A DNA stretch of 62,011 nt, counting the filler, from Sphacelaria rigidula (lineage: Eukaryota), in assembly GCA_964200075.2 (NCBI GenBank). It is 8 parts of 8 records of this genome, joined end to end, with 100 filler letters (N's around TTAATTAATTAA, not from the genome) between each part and the next. Parts side by side here need not be neighbours in the genome. Positions count along the whole stretch, not along the records: positions 1 to 7,665 come from CAXNAA020013871.1; positions 7,766 to 15,430 come from CAXNAA020013872.1; 6 more parts are not named here. The stretch is one strand, 5' to 3'. Below, piece after piece: positions 1-8,861 of this stretch; the first letter of the stretch is position 1; each line of letters begins with the position of its first letter. The position numbers and the translations under genes were made by a program. The notes beneath the pieces are model-generated. The model saw nothing but the letters and a program-made list of their open reading frames with translations, was not told the DNA's origin and ran no database searches.

Positions 1-149
1 ACCATAACCATCATTGCAATCATGCCTTCTCCCCCGTACTTGAGAAACTCATTCGCTATTCCGCGTTTCGGGGGAGGGGGGGGGGGGGCTATCGTAGAAA
101 GTGTCTGTGGAAGACATCTCTTTGCAGAGACACATCAGAGAATGATGCC

Positions 150-397
150 TGTGACAAAATCACGCCGTTACGTTGAGTTGGTAGAGATGATCTGGATAAT
201 GACCGTTGGTAGTGATGATCTGGATAATGATCGGGGACACTGGGTTGATACCCTGGCGTGTCTAGGAGGCTGTGCCTACGGAGTACTTCTGAATCATGAG
301 AATGTTGTAAAGGCTGACAACTGAAACTGAGGCCAGTGAGACTGGGGAGTCCCTCAACAGGTGTGATTCATCGGTCCTTCTTCTGGCTGGCGTCACA
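150..397 (+). repeat. 5' LTR of the Gypsy element
   Basis: Roughly 90% identical by eye to 3379-3600. Carries an extra tandem copy (about 27 bp) of GTTGGTAG.GATGATCTGGATAATGA. Confidence 0.93.
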
Positions 398-791
398 ATG
401 TCGATATTAGTGCTAGTGTTAGTGCTAGAAATAGCACCAAGCAATACCTGCCGGAGAGGATTTCGGCGGAGAAGTCTGGGAGCTGTGGAAAGCTGAAAAA
501 CCACGGACGCGTGGAGAGGGTTCCAGCTAAGGCAGCTGTAGAAAGGCGGCTGGCCCGTGACTGATCCAGACTGGAGACTTGCTGAAGCTGCGTGCAGCGG
601 GAGTTTGGAGGCTCCTACGATTGTGTGGTGCGGCGACGAACCAAGGAAGTTTGCAATCCGCAAAGGTTCGCTGGCCTGGAAAACGTTCGCAGGTAGCCGG
701 TTGTAGTCATGGGCACCAGCTCGCGTGGTGCGTCCAGTGCGACGCCCGTGGTCATGCGGGAAGAGTTGCGACCTCCCCAATACGGGGATAG

Positions 792-3360
792 GTGCTGCGA
801 GAGTGCATCTCGCACTTTTATACAGAGTACTCGGAGGACACAAAGCGTGTGGAGCACGCTATCGCAGGAGGTGCAGTGCGGCATCAGGTGGTGCCAATGG
901 TTCAACAAGTGCCAACCTATGTGCAGAGAGTGGTTGCTCGTTTGGAGCATCATAAGAGCATAATCACCCCGCTACAATTGGTTGCGGCAATCAAAAAGCA
1001 TGACGGGCATGTAACGAATATTACTTGCCACCGCTGTGGCCAGGTCGGCCATTTCGCACGCAATTGCCCAACGCCTTCCGGTGGAGAGTCTGGGCAGTCC
1101 CATGCCGCGCGCCCTCAGCATCGTCAGCACAAGGGCAAAAGACGAGGTAATCGGGTTGGTGGCGGCGGCGGATCCTCCGGCGGTGGAGGGTCGCAGTCAA
1201 GCTCTCAGCAGCAGCAGCAGCAGCAGCAGTAGCGTCAGCATGGGCCTGGTTCTGGGTCCGGCATCACTGTAGGTGCTGCTGCTCCGCAACGGGCGGTGCA
1301 GGTGGAACCGACTTCTATAGTGTCGAACACTGCACCGGCGCCGATGGTGGCGCCGGTGGCGACACCGGCAGCAGCGCCAGGCGCGACGCCTGCTGACTCG
1401 CTGGTCGGAGGTTCGCTAAAACCTTCGTCTGCTGGCTGAGGATCATAACCGCCGGCGGTGCCGTTTAAACTTGGCGGGGGGTCTTTGCCTGCGCAGCTTG
1501 CGCAGCCGTGGCGTCAAGTGGGATTAGCGGCGCATCGGTCGGTGGATGAAGTGCCAATGGAATTTGCGCACAAATACGTTCCTGCGGAGCTGTGTCTTCC
1601 CAATCAACGGGAGCGTGGAGCCGTTGCGGCTTGGGCTAAGTGGGAGTCTGGCGCCCACTTGACGGATCATGTGAGTATGTCGGTATAAATTGTAGAGATG
1701 CTGGAGCGTCTTCTCCCGGGTGTGCCGCTGTGCAAGCCGTTTTCGCTCGGGGCGCGGCAGGCCGACACCGCGTCGGGTCAGCATGCTTCCGTCACGGAGC
1801 GTACTGTTCCGCTGCAGCTGACTTTCACGACTTCCTGGGGGCCGGCGCAGTTGCCTCCGATCTCGTTCGCGATCATGCCAGGGTCGGATGGCGTCATTCT
1901 TCAGGGGTTGCCGACGCTTCAGGATCTTGGAGTCAACGCTCGGCGGTTGTGGGACTCCATGAAGACGCGGATGTCTCCGCCTGATCCACGCTTGAAGACG
2001 CCCGCCTTTTTGGGCAGTCGTCGCATGAGTTTGTCGGTAAATGCTTTTCAGGGTGCTGGAGGGCAGGTGACCGAGGAGCGGGATGCGGCGGTGGAACGCT
2101 CGGTAAAGCGCGGCCCGGAGATTTCTAAGGTTCCGGCGGAAGAGGAGTCCACTCGGAAGGCCGCGCTGGAGGAGGGCGTGACGGACGCTGTGGTGAAAGG
2201 CCTCAGCACTTCAAAAGCGGAGCGCCTGCGTGGCATATTGCATTGCCGCGTCAACGTGTTTCGTCGTGCGCTGCGGGGTGATCCCCCTGCGCGCGTGGAG
2301 TCCATACGTGTTCAGCTCAAACCTTGGGCGTCCGCGGCGAAGACGAAGCCACGGCGGTACGATCCAGTGAAGTCGAGTTGATTGGCTTTGTGCATGGCGG
2401 CTCTTTTGGCGCTCGGGGTACTGTTTCGGAATTTTCAGGCGGGGTGGTCCAGTCCAGATATGGCGTTTCCGAAGAAGGCTGCATCGGGGACGGAGGGCAG
2501 GCTGCAAGCGTGGGCTGCAGCGAAGGATCCGGTGGCTCATGCCGTGACGCTGCTTCATCCTCGTCCTGATTATCAGGTGTTTCCGGATGCATCTGAGTGC
2601 CGTTGGGGTAGTTTGGTCATGCAGGTGCCTACAGTTGAAATGAAAATGCCTGTGCGTGCTGTGGCTGTGTATGGTCCGTGTAAACCTGATGACTCGATGC
2701 CGTCCAAATCTGTTGTCCGCCAAGCGCAACGAAAAGACCTTGGGGCCGAAGATGAGGATGTGCAGTCTTCCGAGTCGGACGTTGGTACTGCTATCTTGGA
2801 CAATGAAGGTCTGTTTCGTGTGCATGTGCGTGGCCGAAACGTTTTGTGGATTCCGAGCTCTGACAAGCAGTTGCAGGTGCGTCTGATGATTTGCGAGCAC
2901 ATGTGCGACGCCGGGCATCGTGGTGTGGCTGCGACGCTCGTGCGCTTGCAAGCGTTTTGTGTCTGGCAGAGGATAGAAGACTCATGTGCGCGAATTGGTC
3001 CGCCAGTGTCTTCACTATGCTGACTCGAGGGCGGGAGATGTTGTTCCCCGCCCGCTAGGCGAAACAGTCCATGAGACCACGCCGAATGAAGTAGTTCATT
3101 TTGACTTCTTGTACGTGGGCGAGAGTGGCCCGCCAGCTTCCCAAGGTTTGTCGGAGGATGGTGGGTTCCGATGCATTTTGGTCATCATGGATGATTCGAT
3201 CAACTTCGTGGCTCTGGAACCAGTAGCAGTGTGTACTGCTGAATCGACCGCTGCATCTTTACTGAACTGGTGCAAAACTTTGGGGGTGCCGCGTGTGTGC
3301 GTGAGTGATACCGCGACGCATTTCAAAAATGCGATCTTGGCCCGATTGCGAGAGGCTTTG
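792..3360 (+). pseudogene. Gypsy gag-pol remnant
   Basis: ORFs 792, 1458, 1698 and 2382 share one frame separated by premature stops. CCHC knuckle CHRCGQVGHFARNC, degenerate protease site (WESGA), RNase H start FPDASECRWG, integrase zinc finger (GHRGVAAT) and, after a frameshift, core motifs VHFDFLY, VIMDD, VSDTATHF. Most of RT and the integrase C-terminus are missing. Confidence 0.88.
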
Positions 3361-3378
3361 CACGCGCTCTGGGAGTGC

Positions 3379-3600
3379 TGTGACGAAATTACGCCGTTAC
3401 GTTGAGTTGGTAGTGATGATCTGGATAATGACCGGGGACACTGGATTGATGCCCTGGCGTGTCTAGGAGGCTGTACCTACGAGGGCACTCCTAAATAATA
3501 AAAAATGTTGTAAAGGCTGACAACTGAAACTGAGGCCAGTAAAACTGGGGAGTCCCTCAACAGCTGTGATCCACCAGTCCTTCTTCTGGCTGGCGTCACA
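3379..3600 (+). repeat. 3' LTR of the Gypsy element
   Basis: Direct repeat of 150-397, preceded by the short purine-rich GGGAGTGC and followed by the TSD TGCC. Confidence 0.93.
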
Positions 3601-3930
3601 TGCCACACATATTTATGAAGAACCAGCGCGAGCAGGTACAAGGTAGGAACAGTTCGATTGGAACAGCTTATCGGAACCCTGTAAGACCCACGACGATACC
3701 AGGCAACCCGGGGTAATGCCGGAAGGAAGAGCCCGATATCAGGGAGACCCAACATCCCCCGAGGAACAGGTCACCCCACGAAGATGACATTCTCGTCTGG
3801 CCCACTTTTTGCCTACATATCACAAGAGAACATCGCCAGCCTCGAAGTTCCTCCGGCATCAGGAAAACATCTCCAACGATAGTCTCCCCCGCAGGTCTCT
3901 GGCTACCCTAGCGATACGCCTTCCTCATAT

Positions 3931-3938
3931 TGGCGACA
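3931..3938 (+). promoter_or_regulatory. Putative PBS (tRNA 3' end ...UGUCGCCA, Ser-like) of the older LTR element
   Basis: TGGCGACA lies 3 nt after the LTR-terminal CA. The tRNA identity is inferred. Confidence 0.5.
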
Positions 3939-4066
3939 TCATAAAAGAACTCAGGCAAGACAGACCGTAGAAATGAAAGCAAGTACGGACCCTACACCCA
4001 ATATATCACGGAAGAAGATGCTCCAATACCAGAAAAAGAATCACTCACATCGATGGCATATTACTC

Positions 4067-4398
4067 TGTTAGAAAATGAGGCTATGGAGCCATGCTCTTC
4101 AACGCTTCGTATGTTATTGACTTTATATATATGTAGTGTTGGGATCGCAGGTACCGGTCACGAAGGTTTGGTCTGATGTGGGGGCGTATAATGTGGGATA
4201 GCAGCTGTTATACATTAAGTACTCTTCTCTTGACCGTATACCCCGGTGGGTTGTTTGCAGTTATTTTGCCCAGAAGCGGCACTTTGAACACTATCTTCAG
4301 TCTACACTCCGAAGCAGCCTGTCTGCTTGCTTGGCTTAACTGCCATTGCGCCAACTCTAACGACCACGACAAAGGGGTCCTGAGTGAATCCTTTAACA
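4067..4398 (+). repeat. 5' LTR of the Copia element (left boundary uncertain; 4112 is an alternative)
   Basis: Ends TTAACA immediately before the PBS. Candidate TGTTA starts at 4067 and 4112. Confidence 0.6.
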
Positions 4399-4409
4399 GG
4401 TTATGAGCC
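4399..4409 (+). promoter_or_regulatory. PBS complementary to the anticodon arm of initiator tRNA-Met (half-tRNA priming)
   Basis: GGTTATGAGCC is the reverse complement of GGCUCAUAACC and directly abuts the LTR-terminal ACA, as in Drosophila copia and yeast Ty5. Confidence 0.8.
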
Positions 4410-5119
4410 TCGATTGCGTTAGTGCTGACGGAGCGGCGGACCTAGGAAGGAAGGGCCGCAGCAAAAGAACAGATCTTTGCTGGAAAACAACGTGAGTTGA
4501 GTCAAAGTAATACGGCACTGTGTGTGTCTGGCACTACAATAGTGCGTTGCGTTACGGTTGAGGACGGCAATTACTTTTTGCGCACCTAGCATCATCGCAG
4601 TACGGAGATCGCTGCGGTACGAAATGATAATTTTTGAAGAAGCGTGATAACTGCAGGTGAACAGGAGTAGCTCTGCATTGTGACTACTCTCGACTGGCGC
4701 TACAGCAGGGTACCGCAACCTGAACCGAGTCTGGCGTGTGATCTATTCTTTGAGGAGACGACACCAGCGTGCGCAGCACCACGGCTGACCTGCGGGCACA
4801 GTAACAGTCAGTAGTCGGATCCTTTTTTCGGAGACATTTTCCGCGCCTCCTACAGAAGTGCCCAACCGTGCACAGTGTTAGTAACAACTTGTACGCTGAT
4901 TTTCTCTCTGAATCTGTACAGATGGCCAACTTGAGCGGTGTCACCGGGGGGCCGCTGTCGTGGTGGGGGCCATTTCTGGATTCTATACTACTGCATTGCT
5001 TTTTTTCGCGACCTCCCTCGACAAGTCAAGCGGCGGTAACCAAGGCCGATTGTGTGGTGGTATGGGAACACGTTATACTATACTCATTACATTGGAGCAA
5101 AACGACGAGGAGGATTCTC

Positions 5120-7178
5120 ATGGCGGACAACGAGAGTATTCGTGCGGTACTTGAGTTGTGTACAAAATTTGATGGCAGAGACAAGGTTAGTTTCCGAGAG
5201 TACCAAGACAAACTACGGGTGATCCTCTCCCTCCATCATAATGCGGCCGCAGAAATTCTGCATGGGCGGCAGAGACCCGCACGCACCGTAATTGGTGATG
5301 AACCGTCAACCCGTGATACGGCAGCTTCACTGGCTTGGAATCGCGCAAACAATGACCTGTCCAGCATCTTATTTTTCACCACCGAAAAATCAGCGAACAA
5401 TACCGTGAGACGTTTCATGGGGAAAACCCAGGAGGATGGGGTTGGTAATGGCCAAGCAGCGTGGGTAGCGCTGCAAGAAAAATATGACGGCAACACAAAA
5501 GAGGCACGCAGGGATTCCATGATGAACTCCACATTACGACGATGCAGTCAGGGGACGATCCGGGAAAAGTTTTGTTTGTCATGGATGGCTACCGTGACCG
5601 CCTGGAGGAAATGGGGCAGTCCGTGCCTGACAAACGATATGAGGACATTATCTTTCGAGCCCTACCTGCCGAGTACGATAGGGTCCGTATTGCTAGCTGT
5701 GAGAGGCGCGATTTTAACTTGTCGGACCTCAGATACATGGTCAGCACCATGTATGCTGACTGCCTTTCACGACCGGACGCCACCAACTCGGTACAAGGAA
5801 GCATCCTCCCGCCATCTCCTTCAATGCCCTGGAGGCGCCCAAAGCGAACCATCCGCAAGCGGACAAACCTTGGCCTTTCACTCCAACGAACAAACCCGTT
5901 GCTTCTTTTGACAGCAGCAGCCTCTTCGGCGCCTTCGAAGGGGCCGACGGAGAGGAGGCCGGGGGTCCAGGAATCTAGCGCAGAGCTCGCAACCTACTGC
6001 GGGGGATCAGGGAGACACTCTCCCCCCTAGTACGCGCGCTGGCCGTAATAGCCGTAGTCCACTACGTCTGGTTGATGTTCGGGAACTCACTATATCCCCG
6101 GGCCACGTCAAACCTCGACGACACCGCTGAACCATTTGGCGGGATCATCGATGCTGATGATGGGACGGCTCTCGCGGCACGACCCGCTCTTGATAAGTGG
6201 ACTGAGGGTAGCAATAGCCATGTCAGTGTCATGGTAGACAATGGTGCGTCGGGACATTACTTCGACGATACCCTCACCCCGGGGCTACGGTATAAACTCC
6301 ACAACTACCAGGAACTAGCGACCCCGCGTACGATCACCACCGCAGGGGGGCATCACCTGGCAGGGGTTGGTAAAGGACTGCTCCGCGGCCACATCCAAGA
6401 CGGCGAAGGGGTCAAACGCCTGGTTCAGATTCCGTGTTTGGTCGTGCCTGGCTTGGGGCTGAATTTGTTCTCCGTCAAACAAGCGACACGAAATGGTGCT
6501 GTGTCTATTTTTGACTTGAACAACCCAAGACTGGAGACAAACAACTTCACCGTTCCGCTCCAGGAACTGGAAATCGACCTGTATTTCTTCTCCCTGGAAC
6601 TAAGCAGCGGCAACGAGGCATCTGGACTGGCTTTGCAAGCTGCAGACGCCGCCACGCTGTGACATCGGAGGATGGGACACTTGAACAGCAATAGTTTGAA
6701 TCTTTTCAAAAACGTTGGAAGCAACGGGGTGGATTTCGGTGGAGCCGTTCCGGACTGCGATATTTGTGCCATTGGGAAAAGCCATCAACTGGACCACCCG
6801 AAGACAGCCAACAACAAAGTGCAACGCGCTTTTCAACTAGTCATGACAGATTTGATGGGACCGATCATGCCGGAAGTGCTGGGAGGCCTCAAGTACACCC
6901 GCAAGATCTCCGATGAGTACACCAGATGGACAGAGGTTTACCTTCAAAAACCCAAGGACGGCACTCTTCATGCATTTCAGTCCTACGTACAGTCAATGGT
7001 CATCCCTGGCGGTGTTTGGGTCGAACGACTAAGGGCAGATAAAGGCGGTGAGTTCATCGGCAACGAGTTCAAGTCGTACTGCCGACAGACAGGCATATTG
7101 CTAGAGTTTGCAAGTACCAATACACCACAACAAATCGGCCTGTCAGAACGCGTGGGAAGGACGCTTGCAGCCATGGTC
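5120..7178 (+). pseudogene. Ty1/Copia gag-protease-integrase remnant
   Basis: Gag starts MADNESIRAVLELC with a frameshift near 5515-5540. Protease VMVDNGASGHYF; L*HRRMGHLN...CDICAIGK (HHCC, Trp to TGA); DDE core TDLMGP, LRADKGGEF, QQIGLSERVGRTL. Integrase directly follows protease, the Copia order. Confidence 0.92.
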
Positions 7179-7665
7179 GACGCCAGGGACTTGTCCACAA
7201 CCCTGTACGACGACTCGGGCCTTGTGCGAGGAATCCGCTTTCTTCTTGTACACCCATCGGGACCCGATTAACCTGTGTCCAGTTGGGACGGAGCTTGACG
7301 GCACTAGAGTACACACGTTACTTCTTCTTAGGCTATCCATCTCCTTATCTGATGCCGCCTTCCATTGTTCCTTTTCGGGGAGACTCATGGCCTCATTGAA
7401 CGTGTTTGGGATTATTTCGGTTTTCTCCCCCACTGGACAGCTCGAGAGGTTGGTAGTTGTGTAGGCGTACTCCACGACTGATTCCGCCCCAAACATCTGG
7501 TGCACGACATCTGGTAGGAGCGCGTTGGTATGTATTTTCAGTCGCCGTAGCTCGGAGAGCATGTTGTCGTTCACAGTGGCTGAAAGGTGCGCAGAAGCTG
7601 CGCCGTCGTTGATGTTGCGTTCCCTGAAGGAGCGTGCTGCAGTGCCTGCGCGCGTCACGGCGGGA
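7176..7665 (-). pseudogene. Copia integrase-RT linker and RT N-terminus, inverted relative to the upstream integrase
   Basis: Minus-strand ORF reads IPNTFNEAMSLPEKEQWKAASDKEMDSL...IGSRWVYKKKADSSHKARVVVQGCGQVPGVD, the canonical start of Copia RT. Confidence 0.9.
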
Positions 7666-7765
7666 NNNNNNNNNNNNNNNNNNNNNNNNNNNNNNNNNNN
7701 NNNNNNNNNTTAATTAATTAANNNNNNNNNNNNNNNNNNNNNNNNNNNNNNNNNNNNNNNNNNNN
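7666..7765. other. Artificial scaffold spacer
   Basis: 44 N + TTAATTAATTAA (stops in all six frames) + 44 N. Confidence 0.98.
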
Positions 7766-7833
7766 TATACCGAAAGGTGTAGACTGGTGCCCAGAATAAA
7801 TGGGACGACAACACACACACACACAACACACAC
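7766..7833 (+). mobile_element. SINE family A, 3' end with (AC)n tail
   Basis: TATACCGAAAGGTGTAGACTGGTGCCCAGAA...ACAACACACAC matches copies ending near 17626, 38395 (minus), 46056 and 51463 (minus). Confidence 0.8.
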
Positions 7834-8569
7834 GCACCAATGGTGCTGGCTCCCCTTTGTAGGCTGTCATGCCGTTGTTCTGGATGGCTCGCTTTGGGTG
7901 ATGCCGTACAGACATGCATGACAAGCACGGTGGCAACTGCCTGGCGAGCACTGGCGAATCTTCATGCGATACAGATACAGTCGGTATCGAGACAGAAAGT
8001 TGTTGCGGTACAACGCTGGAGACAACCAAGCACTCTACACGACGGACATCAGATAGCTGACGCAATAAAGTATCTCTCTTGTGTGCACGATCCCGTGTGC
8101 TAGGATGCCGTACAGACATGAATGACGTGCTAGAAGATATACGCTTCGCTTGCTTCGAATTGGTGCCTTGTTGGCTGCACTTTTTTTTTTCAGCTCTCCT
8201 GCTACTGTCCTGGGCTGTAGTCTTGGGCTGTAGCAAGCCAACGGAGGGAAATGAAGTCTAATCCAGGCCCGGACAACAAATAACCGAACAGTGGGCTCTT
8301 GTTGACCTCTCTGAGGCAGGCAGGAGTTGAGTAATGCACGTATCCAGCGAATCCCGATAAGAATAATGGAAGACGACGACAAAAACGATGATTTCAGTTT
8401 AAATATTTCACAGCGACCCGTGCCTATGAACTCGGTGTCGACTTTACAACATACCTCATGCACATCATGTCAAAATTTCGTGGAAATATACTTAAAATCG
8501 AACAGCTTAACCGCGTTTCACTTTTTCGTGGCTGGTCCATCTCCACGTAGGAACCGGTCTTCGACACGG

Positions 8570-8861
8570 ACACGCGATTATGCAGCTCAATTTTGGGTCG
8601 TCTTCTACAAAATTTTGATACAGGTACGATATACAGGACGTATGTGCTCCATCTTATGCTCCCTGCATTTTTGTTTTTTCCTCCGTGAGTTATCGGCGAC
8701 CAAACATTTCAGAACATTTTTTTTCGGAACGAAATCGTGAATAACTCATGAAAGAAAAAATAATGTAGGGGGCAGAAGATGGAGTCTTCGTACATACGTT
8801 GGGTACATCGTGTCAAAATTTCATAGAAAACGACCCCAAATTGAGCTGCATATTCGCGTGT
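8570..8861. repeat. Long imperfect inverted repeat (foldback/MITE-like), arms about 125 bp
   Basis: ACACGCGATTATGCAGCTCAATTTTGGGTCGTCTTCTACAAAATTTTGA pairs with TCAAAATTTCATAGAAAACGACCCCAAATTGAGCTGCATATTCGCGTGT. A further partial arm lies at about 8460-8510. Confidence 0.8.

Larger units (their letters stand above)
150..3600 (+). mobile_element. Ty3/Gypsy LTR retrotransposon, internally deleted and non-autonomous
   Basis: Direct LTRs at 150-397 and 3379-3600, each TGTGAC...GTCACA. 4-bp TSD TGCC at 146-149 and 3601-3604. Domain order gag zinc knuckle, protease, RT/RNase H fragments, integrase. Confidence 0.93.
106..3927 (+). mobile_element. Older LTR (about 367 bp when rejoined: 106-149 + 3605-3927), split by the Gypsy insertion
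   Basis: Begins TGTGGAAG (106) and ends CTTCCTCA (3927), a 7/8 inverted match with TG...CA termini. Followed 3 nt later by TGGCGACA, a PBS-like motif. The same CTCA-TAT-TGGCGACA junction recurs at 15404-15418. Confidence 0.55.

Noticed and set aside
398..415. Self-priming PBS for the Gypsy element
   Set aside because: I could not find a convincing complement of ATGTCGATATTAG in either LTR by eye, so it is left as an open question.
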